DNA of 64,000 nucleotides, from NCBI GenBank assembly GCA_963836075.1, contig CAWIIB010000009.1, positions 1,824,001 through 1,888,000 of the forward strand, written 5' to 3'. This stretch comes from an uncultured Acidobacteriota bacterium. GTDB lineage: Bacteria > Acidobacteriota > JAQAZP01. The position numbers and the translations under genes were made by a program. Shown here one piece after another: positions 1 through 9,598 of the stretch. The notes under the pieces were generated by a model. The model was not told where the DNA came from. It did no database searches and saw only the letters and a program-made list of their open reading frames with translations. Each line of letters starts with the position of its first letter. Positions within the stretch are counted from its first letter, which is position 1.

Positions 1-1871
1 GGCATCTCGTCCTCGATGACCATCGGCTCTGCCGGCGGTCGCGCAGCGCCTCGGCGAGCTGAGCGGCGTGCTCGCCGGTGACCCGGCCGATCGCCGGTCA
101 GCCTGCCCGAGCCGCGCGAGCCGCTCCGCAGCCTCGTCCAGCGCGCGCAGGAGCTGGCTCTCCAGCCGCCCCACAGGAGGTTGTCGTCGTCGCGCAGCCG
201 CCAGCTGAGCCGGCCGGTCTCGATGACCTCCGGTCGCCTCGTCGCGGCGCTCCGGTCCGACCGCCTCGAGCAGGCGCTGCTCCAGCTCGGCACGGCTCGT
301 GCCGGGCCGTCGGCTGCCGGCTCGCCGCGGTCGGCCGCCTCGCCAGTTCGACGATGTTCCGGAGCACGGCTCGGGCCGGTCGCGCAGCCGCTCCCGCGTA
401 GGCGATGTCCAGGTAGCGCTCGTCGAGATCCTCGAAGCCGCCGACGAACTCGCCGCGCCTCGGCTGACCGGCCGGCCAGCTCGCCGGCGGCACGCCGTCC
501 AGTTCGCGACCCGGCATGCGCGGCCAGCAGCGTCTTGCACTGCCCGGCGCAGGGCGCTCGTCCGCCGCCAGCTGCCGGGCCAGTCGTCGATGGCCGCGGT
601 TGCGCCGGGCGGCCAGCAGCGGCTGGTCCCGGAGCAGGCCGACGAACTCGTAGGGATCCTCCGGCCGGACGGCGTCGTTGTAGTAGGTGGCCAGCCGGCG
701 GACCCCGTGGGCGAAGGGGATGAACTCGTCCCAGTAGATCTTCTTCCAGCGCGCGAGCGGCCCGGCGCCGCCGTCGATGGCGTCGGCCAGCTGCCGGTCG
801 TCGCAGCGCGGCCAGGTCCTCGGCGGCGAAACCCGGGCCTTCGCCGCCAGCTCGCGGGATGAGCTCTGCTCGGCCACGCGCTGCCGCAGGTCCCGCAGGC
901 GCGCGTCGCCGGGCCGCAGGGTCAGGTACCAGTCGCGCTCGTCGTCCGTTCTGGGCCGACGGTGGTGATCGGGCGGGCCTGGAGCAGGGTGAGCGACCGC
1001 TCCGGCCGGTCCACTCCATGTCGGGCGGCCAGCCGAACAGCGCCTCCACGCGACAGCAGGGCGTCGAGGACGCGTCGAGGTCGCCGGGCTGCCAGCAGCG
1101 GTTCGCCGTCCGGTGCCGTCCTCGCGCGCTCCCGGCAGCCAGTTGATGACGGTCTCGCGTGTCGCGGTCGATCTCCCAGCGGTCGGGGTCCACCGCGCCG
1201 TCCACCAGCTGGCTGCAGGGCCCGGGCACGGCCTCGATGATCGCCCGGTCCTGCCGGCGTCCCGCGGGTCGCGGCCGAAGGCGACCCCGGAACGGTCGCG
1301 GTCCACCATCTCCTGGACCAGGACGGCCATGCGGCTGTGCGCCGGGTCGAGCCCCAGTTCCTTGCGGTAGAGCAGGGCGGCGTCGGACCAGAGCGAGGCC
1401 CAGACCAGGCGCACCGCGTCCAGCACCGCCTGCTGGCCGCGGACGCCGATGATGGATTCGTGCAGCCCGGCGAAGACTGCGCCGGCCGAGTCCTCGCCCA
1501 GGCGCCGAGGAGCGGACGGCCAGCGCGGCGCCGTCATCGAAGCGGGTCATCCGCGTCGGCGATGATCTCGCGCAGGTGGCCGGGCAGGGCGTGGCGAGAG
1601 AAGAGGGAGCGGATGCGCAGCGCCGCGTCCCAGATCTCCTCCCAGCGCATCTCCTCGAGCGGCTTGCGCCCGAGCTCCATCCGGATGGCTGTGGTGACTT
1701 CGCCTCGTCGAGAAACGCTCGTAGGCCGCCGTGGTGAGGCAGAACCCGGCGGGCACGGTGAACCCCGCCCCGGCCAGCCGGGCCAGCTTGGCCGCCTTGC
1801 CGCCGATGATCCGTTCGTCGCCGTGCTGCGGTGCGGTCCAGCGGGATCAGGAGCGGGGGTCGGGAACCCAC
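1..1871 (-). CDS. PEP/pyruvate-binding domain protein (PPDK/PEP-synthase N-terminal ATP-grasp type); heavily frameshifted, runs off the window
   Basis: Fragments in several frames read IIGGKAAKLARLAGAGFTVPAGFCLTTAAYERF, EDSAGAVFAGLHES, VRLVWASLWSDAALLYR and MAVLVQEMV. Probable GTG start near 1871 overlaps the upstream gene. Indel density is very high. Confidence 0.75.
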   Translation of the reverse strand, partial: MGSRPPLLIPLDRTAARRRTDHRRQGGQAGPAGRGGVHRARRVLPHHGGLRAFLDEAKSPQPSGWSSGASRSRRCAGRRSGTRRCASAPSSLATPCPATCARSSPTRMTRFDDGAALAVRSSAPGRGLGRRSLRRAARIHHRRPRPAGGAGRGAPGLGLALVRRRPALPQGTGARPGAQPHGRPGPGDGGPRPFRGRLRPRPAGRRQDRAIIEAVPGPCSQLVDGAVDPDRWEIDRDTRDRHQLAAGSARGRHRTANRCWQPGDLDASSTPCCRVEALFGWPPDMEWTGRSGRSPCSRPARSPPSAQNGRRARLVPDPAARRRAPAGPAAARGRAELIPRAGGEGPGFAAEDLAALRRPAAGRRHRRRRRAARALEEDLLGRVHPLRPRGPPAGHLLQRRRPAGGSLRVRRPAPGPAAAGRPAQPRPSTTGPAAGGGRAPCAGQCKTLLAAHAGSRTGRRAAGELAGRSAEARRVRRRLRGSRRALPGHRLRGSGCATGPSRAPEHRRTGEAADRGEPAADGPARAVPSWSSACSRRSDRSAATRRPEVIETGRLSWRLRDDDNLLWGGWRASSCARWTRLRSGSRGSGRLTGDRPGHRRARRSARRGAARPPAEPMVIEDEM

Positions 1872-2362
1872 TGGCTGACCTCCTGGAACCGCATCACGTG
1901 CAGGAAACGCACGGCATCCACCCGGAAGAGGGCCGAGGTGTCGGCGTGGACGAAGGACCGCAGGTAGGGGTGACGGGCGAGGAGCAGCTCGGCCCAGCGG
2001 TGGAACTCCTCGCCGCCCTCCACGTGGGTCGCCTGCCCGGTGACGGTGACCGCCTCGGTCTTCATCAACTCGCCCACCCGGTCGGGCCGGTTGTCGATGA
2101 GCAGGGCCACCCGGCCGCTCCTGGTGAGCATGCTGAACTTGCGAGTGGCCTTCGGCGTGGCGAACACGGCGTGGCGCAGGTCCGGGGTGAAGGCGAACGC
2201 CACCAGCGCGCCGTACGGCTGCCCCTCCCCCTGGACGCAGAGCACGGCGTAGGGCTGGCTGTCCACCAGGCGCTGGATCCGCTCGCGCACCGTTGCCCGG
2301 GAAGGGGTGCTGTCGTCCCCGGACGTTCCATCATCGATTACCGGCTCGTCAATAGTGCTCAT
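1847..2362 (-). CDS. Pyridoxamine 5'-phosphate oxidase-like (FMN split-barrel) protein
   Basis: C-terminal part of ORF 1847..2908: YAVLCVQGEGQPYGALVAFA...FATPKATRKF...VALLIDNR. ATG at 2362 follows GGAG. Confidence 0.8.
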   Translation of the reverse strand: MSTIDEPVIDDGTSGDDSTPSRATVRERIQRLVDSQPYAVLCVQGEGQPYGALVAFAFTPDLRHAVFATPKATRKFSMLTRSGRVALLIDNRPDRVGELMKTEAVTVTGQATHVEGGEEFHRWAELLLARHPYLRSFVHADTSALFRVDAVRFLHVMRFQEVSQWVPDPRS

Positions 2363-2485
2363 CGCGTCAAGTCTCCGTGCGGCCCGTTTTCGCTCGTCAG
2401 TGATGATAGTGGTTTCGGCTGCCAAAATCAGGGTATCATATTCAGTCCGAGTCCGCGCAGCAGCGCCCCATCCGGGAGGCATTCC

Positions 2486-2923
2486 ATGGCCGATCTCATT
2501 CTGCTGGCCCAGGCGGCGGCGACCCTGTTCATGGCGGGCCTGATCTGGTTCGTCCAGGTCGTCCACTACCCGCTCTTCGTCCAGGTGGGGCGCGAGCGTT
2601 TCCCGCGCTACGAGACCTCGCACCAGGTGCGCACAACCGTGATCGTCGTGCCGATGATGCTGGCCGAGGCGTTCACCGCCCTGGCCCTGATCTTCTGGCG
2701 CCCGGCGGGGGTCCCCTTGGCCGCCGCGGTGACCGGTTTCGTGATGCTGGCCCTGATCTGGGGCTGCACCCACCTCTGGCAGGTGCCGATCCACACCCGG
2801 CTTTCCAAGGCGTTCGACGTTGCCGCCTACCGCCGCCTGCTGGCCTCCAACTGGGTGCGCACCATCGGTTGGACCCTTCGCGGGTTGCTGGTCTGCTGGA
2901 TGATGCACTCGGCCTGGATCTGA
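2486..2923 (+). CDS. Conserved hypothetical membrane protein
   Basis: ATG 2486 follows GGGAGG. Hydrophobic 145 aa with motifs GLIWFVQVVHYPLF and NWVRTIGW. Confidence 0.75.
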   Translation: MADLILLAQAAATLFMAGLIWFVQVVHYPLFVQVGRERFPRYETSHQVRTTVIVVPMMLAEAFTALALIFWRPAGVPLAAAVTGFVMLALIWGCTHLWQVPIHTRLSKAFDVAAYRRLLASNWVRTIGWTLRGLLVCWMMHSAWI

Positions 2924-2939
2924 CCTGTCCGGGTCCCGA

Positions 2940-3311
2940 TTATGCCTGCTGGAAGAGAATGACGATCAGGCACATCACCAGCACGGTGGCCGCGGGGACC
3001 GATTTCTGCGGCGAGTCCTTTGCTTTGATGTGCATCAGGATGGCTCCGAGCATCAGGACCGCCAGGCCGGCCGCCGCCGGTTTGACCACGACCGAAATCC
3101 ACACCCCGATGATCAGAAGGGCGGCGCAGAGGACCTTGAGAAACCCGATGACACCCACCGACCAGGGGGGCATGCCGTAGACGGCGAACTCCTCTTTCAT
3201 GCTTTTCGCGGCGCCGCCGCGCCAGGCGGTTGGTTTCCCGAAGCGCAGCAGCCAGACATTGAGAATAATCAGAGCGATTACCAGTTGGAGAAGAGTCGTG
3301 AACACCTGCAT
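2940..3311 (-). CDS. DoxX-like membrane protein
   Basis: NVWLLRFGKPTAWRGG...MKEEFAVYG...LMLGAILMHIKAKD; RBS GGGAGG. Confidence 0.75.
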   Translation of the reverse strand: MQVFTTLLQLVIALIILNVWLLRFGKPTAWRGGAAKSMKEEFAVYGMPPWSVGVIGFLKVLCAALLIIGVWISVVVKPAAAGLAVLMLGAILMHIKAKDSPQKSVPAATVLVMCLIVILFQQA

Positions 3312-3651
3312 GGCGGTCTCCCTCCCGTTAACGGCGGACATTGAACAGCGCGATCCGGTCACTTTGCCTGTTTACTCTATACCGATAAACTGGTCTGCGA
3401 GAGAAAAAAATGTCGTCCCGGTTTCGGACCGGGGTGATACGCACGGCGGCTTGCCTTCGAGGCCTTAACCACTTCCGCTACGACCACCGGGGACGGACCG
3501 GCCACTCCGGTGGCGGGCCGCTCGGGGCGGGGTGGGTCGCGATGAGAGCTTCATCGGGGGAATATGCTGATGGCGTCAGGCCACCGCAGGTGGCCTCGAG
3601 CGGTGGGCGAAAGCAGAAGCGATAGAGGAAAATGATCCGGACGGCTTTCCC

Positions 3652-3706
3652 TTGACTTTGGCCCTGCCGCGTTATAAATTCAACTGTATTCGAACGGACG
3701 TTCGAA
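3652..3706 (+). promoter_or_regulatory. Sigma70 promoter with a downstream palindromic TetR operator
   Basis: TTGACT (3652)-N17-TAAATT (3675), then the perfect inverted repeat TTCGAACG-GA-CGTTCGAA at 3689-3706. Confidence 0.7.
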
Positions 3707-3776
3707 CGAATTGAGACTATTTCATCATAAATTATTGATTAATTGACAGATATCCTTGTCCGCCAGAGGCGCAACT

Positions 3777-4551
3777 ATGGGAAACGGAGTGGGAGCATCG
3801 ATCGGCAAGCCTGGCGTGAAACCGGGTGCGAAGCCGGGCAGGAAGCCGGATTCAGGGCCTGGCGTGAAACCGGGCGTCGAATCGGGGGAAAAGCCGGGCA
3901 CGGGTTCCGGGAAAAAACCGGGCGGAAGCGCTGCTGGCGGCAGTGCCGGCCGGCGGGCGCGCACGGCCCGCTACGATGAGAAACTGAACGCCGTGCTTTC
4001 CGCCTCATCCGCACTCTTTGCCAGCAAGGGCTACGAGCGGGCATCGATCCGGGATGTTTCCAAGGCCACGGGGATGAGTCTGGCCGGTCTCTACTACTAC
4101 TTCAGCAGCAAGGAAGAACTGCTCTTCCTGATCCAGTTCCGGGCATTCGAGTCGATCATGCGAAAAGCTGAGAGAGATCATCAAGAGCGAGACCGATCCG
4201 CAAACCTGTCTGCACCGCATGATCAAGATGCACTTCGAATACTTCATCCGCCACATGAACGATCTGAAAATCTGCTCCCGGGAGATCGACTCGCTGGAAG
4301 GGGAGTTCTACCAGGAGGTCGCGGAGAAGCGGAAAGAGTATTTCGACCTGACCCAGTCGATTTTCGAGCGGATGAACGACCTGTCCGGCGGTTCGTCGGC
4401 GGACAGCAGGCTTGCCGCGCTCTACCTCTTCGGCACCCTGAACTGGATCTACCAGTGGTACAGACCGGGGCGCTACCCGGATGCCGGGGAGATGGCCAGC
4501 CAGCTGTCGGGCATCTATCTGCAGGGTTTCCCGCGGATGGCATCGATGTAG
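3777..4551 (+). CDS. TetR/AcrR family repressor (PaaR/KstR2-like); +1 frameshift near 4161
   Basis: HTH LFASKGYERASIRDVSKATGMSLAGLYYYFSSKEELL and C-terminal LFGTLNWIYQWYRPGR. Removing the C at 4161 joins ORFs 3756..4556 and 4219..4551. Confidence 0.85.
3804..3923 (+). repeat. Coding 12-bp degenerate tandem repeat (about 10 units, xKPG)
   Basis: GKPG VKPG AKPG RKPD SGPG VKPG VESG EKPG TGSG KKPG at the TetR N-terminus. Confidence 0.8.
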
Positions 4552-4552
4552 G

Positions 4553-5701
4553 ATGATGAGAAGAGAGACACCGCGAGTCAAGCAGCTGCGACGGATGTAT
4601 TCCATCGAGGACGGAAGACTGCGGGGGGATGCCGGCTGGGAGAAACTCGCGTTCTTCTGGTTCCACCTCTTCCTGTCCTACCAGTGCACCAGAAGGTGCG
4701 ACTACTGCTATTCCTTCAACCAGGTGGGCAGCGACAACAAAACCGAAATGGACGAGAACACATTTTCCAGACTGCTGGACTGGATACCGGAAGTCTGGGA
4801 AGCCAACAACGTCAAGGTCAACGCCATCGGCTTCCTCGGCGGCGAGCCGCTTCTGCGCACCGACCGGATCAAGCGCGTGATGGATGCGGTCTACGAGAAC
4901 ACCGACGGCATGCAGGGCTTTGTCTATACCAACGGCGACACCATCGACGACGTGAACTGGGATGATCTGGAGGACATCCAGTGGATATCCACGAACATCA
5001 CCGACATCAGTTTTGATGAGCTGGCCAGAAGAATGAAGGTCGTCAGTGACCGCTCGAACGTCATCGGCCAGACCGTGGTGGCCACCCTGGATGATGAAAA
5101 CCTCGAGCGGGCCCTCGAGATCACCAGGTTCGGCGTCGACCATGGCTACCGGCTGAGGTTTTACCGCAATCTGTACCGCGGGCTGGATGCGGAGTACCGG
5201 GTCAGGTTGCTCAAGACCTATCACGACATCTGTGATCTGCTGGAACACGCGGTAGCCAGGGGATACGACGTTCACACCACCTTCATGATCGATACGCTGA
5301 TCCCCCTCTGGGGCCATGAGACGTCGCCGTACCAGTGCGGGCAGCGGGTGGCCACCGTATTCCCGGACGGGTCGATCGGGCCGTGCATCAGGAACCACTC
5401 CTTGAAGACCGGGACGATCTTCGACGCGGACCCGATGAGCAAACTGCAGTGCGGTTCCTATCACTACGGGTTCAACGAGACGGGCACTCCCGATGAGTGC
5501 CTGGCCTGCGAATCGAAAACCTCCTGCCAGGGGGGGTGCCCGAACGACAAACTGGTCCTCACCGGCTGCGAATCCGGCACGTCGGTGATGTGCGAGATCC
5601 ACCGGGAGATCATTCCGAGGTTGAGACATCTGGAAGAACTGAAAAGGGAACACCGGGACAGGGAAAGCAAGAGTAACCTGGAAGTAGGTTCATTGCGTTA
5701 G
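4553..5701 (+). CDS. Radical SAM protein with SPASM domain
   Basis: CTRRCDYC (CxxxCxxC), FLGGEPLL and YTNG, plus SPASM Cys pattern CGQRVATVFPDGSIGPC...CLACESKTSCQGGC...C. Start is 1 nt after the tetR stop. Confidence 0.9.
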   Translation: MMRRETPRVKQLRRMYSIEDGRLRGDAGWEKLAFFWFHLFLSYQCTRRCDYCYSFNQVGSDNKTEMDENTFSRLLDWIPEVWEANNVKVNAIGFLGGEPLLRTDRIKRVMDAVYENTDGMQGFVYTNGDTIDDVNWDDLEDIQWISTNITDISFDELARRMKVVSDRSNVIGQTVVATLDDENLERALEITRFGVDHGYRLRFYRNLYRGLDAEYRVRLLKTYHDICDLLEHAVARGYDVHTTFMIDTLIPLWGHETSPYQCGQRVATVFPDGSIGPCIRNHSLKTGTIFDADPMSKLQCGSYHYGFNETGTPDECLACESKTSCQGGCPNDKLVLTGCESGTSVMCEIHREIIPRLRHLEELKREHRDRESKSNLEVGSLR

Positions 5702-5734
5702 CTGAATGAATTCGTCTGGATAGCGGGGTTGAAC

Positions 5735-7738
5735 ATGAGATACGCGGAAATGGGCTACCACCTGGAGATTGATCTGGCCACGGGCAACATCGAGAAGGTG
5801 GAGACCGACCCGAAGTTGACCGAGCTTCACCTGGGGGGGCTGGGGACCAGCGTCAAGCAGCACTGGGACCGGGTGCCCCCCGAGGTCCAGCCGTTCGATG
5901 ACGAGAACCTGCTGATCTTCAGCACCGGCCTGTTCAACGGCACGCCGGCGTTCAGCGCCAACCGCACCGTGGTTACTTTTGTCTCTCCCCAGTCGGAGCT
6001 GCTGGCCTACCCGATGATGGGCGGGTTCTGGTCGGCCGAACTGAAGCATGCCGGCTACGACAAGGTGATCTTCAGCAACAAGGCCTCGGACTGGGTCTAC
6101 ATCTGGATCAAGGACGGCAAGGTGGAGATCCGCGACGCCCGTCACCTTAAAGGCCGGGGCGCGCTGGAGACCCAGGACCTGATCCGTGAAGAGCTGAACG
6201 AGCCGGCGGCCCAGGTGGCGGCCATCGGCCTGGCCGGCGAGAACCGCTGTTTCACCGCCTCCATCGAGCAGTCGAGGTCCAGCGCCAGCCGGCTGGGCGG
6301 CGGCGCGATCATGGGCGACAAGAAGATCAAGGCCGTGGCGGTGCGCGGCACCGGGGACGTCCACCTCGCCGATGGCGCCAAATTCATGGAGCTGATGAAG
6401 GACGTCACCGAGTACATCAATTTCCGTAACACGCACCCCATCCCCGACGTGATGACCATCCTCTCCGGCATCGGGTCGCCCCAGGAGATGCTCCACACCG
6501 ACGAGAAGTGGCACAGCGAGAGTTTCTCCTGGGGTAACGCCCGCGCGCGCAGAAAAAACTTCTGGACCGACGACATCGAGAAAAGCTGGGCCGGCTCGCA
6601 AACCGACGCCATCAAGCGGCTGATCAGCTGCTACAACTGCCCGCAGAGCTGCGGGGCCTTGATCGATGTGGAGAATCTCCCCCGATACATGATGAAGTGC
6701 TTCTCCAAGCTGACCTACAGCATGGCGGCCTATGTCGACAACCTCGATTTCGGTTTCAAGATCGTCCAGCGCGCCCAGGAATACGGCGTTGACGGTTTCT
6801 CCACCCCGCAGATCCTGGCCTTTGCCGTCGAGCTCAAGGAAAACGGCATCTTCACGGACAAGGATTTCGAAGGCTGCCCGCCGGACGAGGACAAGGAGGG
6901 CCGGTTCTTCTGGCTGCTCGACCGTCTGGCCAACCGCGAGGGGATCGGCGACATCCTTGCCGACGGCACCTACTGGGCGGCCAAGCGCATCGGCAAAGGC
7001 GCCGAAGAATTCGCGCACAACAACATCAAGAAGCACGAGCAGCTGCCGATCAAACTTGGCATGCTCGACCCGCTTTACTACCTGATGTATTCCACCAACG
7101 AGAAGATCAGCATCACCCAGATCGAAGGCAACTGGCCCCAGGCGCCGTTCCCCACACGGGAACAGCGCGAGCGGTTCGTTAAGGACTGGCCCCAGTTGCC
7201 CGACGAAAAGTTCAAACAGTATTTTGTCGACTGGGAACTGCGCGGTGACAACTCGATTCCCCATTTCCCCACACCGCCCATGTGCAGTGAGATCGTCGAC
7301 TGGATGGAGATGCTGCACAACATCGACGATGCCCTGGGGCTCTGTGCCGGCATGGCGTCGTTCTGCCTCAAGCCGCCCTACCACATCAACAACTACCACC
7401 TGCTGGTCTCGGCGGCCTCCGGCATGGACGTGGACCAGGACGAGCTGAAACGGAAGGTCAACCGCAGCCGCAACTTGCACCGGGCGTTCAACAACCGGCG
7501 GGGCATGAACCGCAAGGACGAGAAGCCGCCCGAGGACCACTGGCGGCACCGCTTCCCCGAGCTGGAGGAGGAGCTGCTCACCACTTATTACACGTACAAG
7601 GGCTGGAACTACGACGGCATCCCCACGAGGGAGAGGCTGCATGAACTGGACCTGGATTACGTTGCCGACGATCTTGAACAGAGAGGGATACTGAAAGATG
7701 GCCAAGGTCAAGAAGATAATCAAGCGAATCAAGGTTGA
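5735..7738 (+). CDS. bamB: Class II benzoyl-CoA reductase catalytic W-pterin subunit (AOR family)
   Basis: MRYAEMGYHLEIDL, GSPQEM..DEKWH..F.WGNAR, ISCYNCPQSC, YMMKCFSKLTY, KKHEQLP, ITQIEG and KPPYHI match my recollection of Geobacter BamB along the whole length. The downstream gene order is bamCDEFGHI. Confidence 0.92.
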   Translation: MRYAEMGYHLEIDLATGNIEKVETDPKLTELHLGGLGTSVKQHWDRVPPEVQPFDDENLLIFSTGLFNGTPAFSANRTVVTFVSPQSELLAYPMMGGFWSAELKHAGYDKVIFSNKASDWVYIWIKDGKVEIRDARHLKGRGALETQDLIREELNEPAAQVAAIGLAGENRCFTASIEQSRSSASRLGGGAIMGDKKIKAVAVRGTGDVHLADGAKFMELMKDVTEYINFRNTHPIPDVMTILSGIGSPQEMLHTDEKWHSESFSWGNARARRKNFWTDDIEKSWAGSQTDAIKRLISCYNCPQSCGALIDVENLPRYMMKCFSKLTYSMAAYVDNLDFGFKIVQRAQEYGVDGFSTPQILAFAVELKENGIFTDKDFEGCPPDEDKEGRFFWLLDRLANREGIGDILADGTYWAAKRIGKGAEEFAHNNIKKHEQLPIKLGMLDPLYYLMYSTNEKISITQIEGNWPQAPFPTREQRERFVKDWPQLPDEKFKQYFVDWELRGDNSIPHFPTPPMCSEIVDWMEMLHNIDDALGLCAGMASFCLKPPYHINNYHLLVSAASGMDVDQDELKRKVNRSRNLHRAFNNRRGMNRKDEKPPEDHWRHRFPELEEELLTTYYTYKGWNYDGIPTRERLHELDLDYVADDLEQRGILKDGQGQEDNQANQG

Positions 7739-8240
7739 TGCTGACCGCTGCAACGGCTGTCGGGGATGCGAGATCGTCTGCTCCGCCTTTCACGCCGAGC
7801 CGAAATACAGCAGCGTCAATCCGGCGCGGTCCCGCGTCCGGGTGATCAGCCACCGGCTGAAAGACATCTGGCTCCCGCTGTTCGCCGGTGAGTACGTGGC
7901 CACCGAATGTGCCGGCCGCGACATCTACACCATCGACGGCAAGGAATACGACGAGTGCGGTTTCTGCCGGGCCTCCTGCCCGTCGAGGGACCTGTTCAAG
8001 GAACCCGATTCCGGGTTGCCGCTGAAATGCGACATGTGCGAGGGCGAGGAGGGCGGGCCGCTCTGCGTCCAGTGGTGCCTCAACGACGTGCTGGTCTACG
8101 AGGAGGTTGAGGTGGAGGTGGACGAAGAGGACGAAAAGCCGAAGCCGGAGGAGTTGGAAATAGGGCTTGAGTCGCTGGCCGACAAGTATGGGGCGCAGCA
8201 GCTGCTGGACGCCGTGGCTCGAATGAACAAGAAAGACTGA
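7698..8240 (+). CDS. bamC: Benzoyl-CoA reductase 4Fe-4S subunit
   Basis: CNGCRGCEIVC, ECAGR, ECGFCRASCPSRDLFKEPDSGLPLKCDMC, PLCVQWC; overlaps the end of bamB. Confidence 0.9.
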   Translation: MAKVKKIIKRIKVDADRCNGCRGCEIVCSAFHAEPKYSSVNPARSRVRVISHRLKDIWLPLFAGEYVATECAGRDIYTIDGKEYDECGFCRASCPSRDLFKEPDSGLPLKCDMCEGEEGGPLCVQWCLNDVLVYEEVEVEVDEEDEKPKPEELEIGLESLADKYGAQQLLDAVARMNKKD

Positions 8241-8365
8241 CAAAACCTCAGCTTGCGGCCCGATAGCGGCGTTGCCGGCTTCCTCGAAATGCTCACATAC
8301 CATCAGAGTATGCTGCGCTTTCTCGTCAGCCGGCGCCTTGCTCTCGAACCTCAGCTGAGGTTTTG
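8241..8365. mobile_element. 125-bp miniature inverted-repeat (MITE/REP-like) element
   Basis: Perfect 13-bp terminal IR CAAAACCTCAGCT / AGCTGAGGTTTTG with nested palindromes (GCCGGCT..AGCCGGC, CATAC..GTATG). Begins right after the bamC stop. Confidence 0.6.
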
Positions 8366-8417
8366 AAGCCGGTCGGTGGCGAAACTTCGAAATGCAAACA
8401 ACAGGATTCATAAAACA

Positions 8418-9569
8418 GTGGAAACAGTAAACCCGTTCATTGAAGTGCTCGAAGAGATCAAGGAGTCGGGCGGCGACGCCTTCCGGCTCTGCTTCCAGTG
8501 CGGCAAGTGCGACACCGTCTGCCCCTGGAACCATTTTCGGCAATTCAGCATCCGCAAGATCATCCGCGAGGCCTCCTTCGGCCTGACCGAGATCGAAAGC
8601 GAGGACATCTGGCGCTGCACCACCTGCGGTACCTGTGCCGAGCAGTGCCCGCGGGGTGTGGAACAGATCACCCTCGGCGTCTCCCTGCGCAAGATCGCGG
8701 CGAACTACGATGTTGTTCACGCGTCGGCCAAACCGGTGAAAGCGGCACGGACCAGCCTGACCGACGAGGGAAATCCGCTGAACGAGAATCGGGCGGAGCG
8801 GGCCGCCTGGGCCGAGGGCCTGTCGGTGAAACCGTTCACCGAGGAAACGGAAATCCTCTTCTTCGGCTGCTGCTACCTCAGCTATGACCCGCGGATGAAA
8901 AAGGTGGCCCGGGCAACTGCCGAGATCCTGAACAAGGCCGGCGTGAACTACGGCATCCTGGGCAGCAGTGAGAGCTGTTGCGGCGAGAGCATCCGCAAGA
9001 CCGGGGCGGAAGACACGTACAAGAAGCTGGCCAAAGAGAACATCAAGGCCTTCATCGACAACGGGGTGAGAAAGATCGTGGTCTCCTCTCCCCACTGTTA
9101 CGAAGCCTTCAAGAACGAGTACGCCGAGTTCATGGTGAACTTCGAGGTCATTCATATGACCCAGTTCCTGCTCCAGCTGGTCAGGGATGGGCGTCTGGAA
9201 ATCACCGGGAGATACGAAAAGACGCTGACCTACCACGACCCCTGCTACCTGGGCCGGCACAACAACATATTTGACGAGCCCCGGGAACTGCTGAGCAGCG
9301 TGCCGGGCCTGACGCTGCGGGAGATGGCCGCCTCCCGCCGCAACAGCCTCTGTTGCGGCGGCGGCGGCGGACGGGTCTGGATGGAAACACCCAAGGGCGA
9401 GCGGTTTTCCGATCTCCGGGTGGAACAGGCACGCGCCATCGGGGCCGAAGTGCTGGTGACGGCGTGTCCTTATTGCATATCCATGTTCGAGGACAGCCGC
9501 CTGACCCTCGAAGCGGAAGACGATATCGAGATCAAGGACATTACGGAAATCGTTCGGGAAGTTATTTGA
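8418..9569 (+). CDS. bamD: HdrD-like Fe-S/CCG-domain subunit
   Basis: CFQCGKCDTVCP and CTTCGTCAEQCP; CCG motifs ESCCG and YHDPCYLGR..LCCGGGGG. GTG 8418 follows AGGA. Confidence 0.88.
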   Translation: METVNPFIEVLEEIKESGGDAFRLCFQCGKCDTVCPWNHFRQFSIRKIIREASFGLTEIESEDIWRCTTCGTCAEQCPRGVEQITLGVSLRKIAANYDVVHASAKPVKAARTSLTDEGNPLNENRAERAAWAEGLSVKPFTEETEILFFGCCYLSYDPRMKKVARATAEILNKAGVNYGILGSSESCCGESIRKTGAEDTYKKLAKENIKAFIDNGVRKIVVSSPHCYEAFKNEYAEFMVNFEVIHMTQFLLQLVRDGRLEITGRYEKTLTYHDPCYLGRHNNIFDEPRELLSSVPGLTLREMAASRRNSLCCGGGGGRVWMETPKGERFSDLRVEQARAIGAEVLVTACPYCISMFEDSRLTLEAEDDIEIKDITEIVREVI

Positions 9570-9598
9570 ACGTGGCGTGAAACCACTTCGAAGGAATT

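Noticed and set aside
4150-4175. Programmed frameshifting in tetR, bamE or the PAS activator
   Set aside because: No slippery heptamers are present, and similar indels are scattered across unrelated genes.
4553-5701. Radical SAM as the maturase of the peptide array
   Set aside because: It is 19 kb away, embedded in the tetR-bam transcription unit and has no evident N-terminal RRE. Not excluded, but unsupported.
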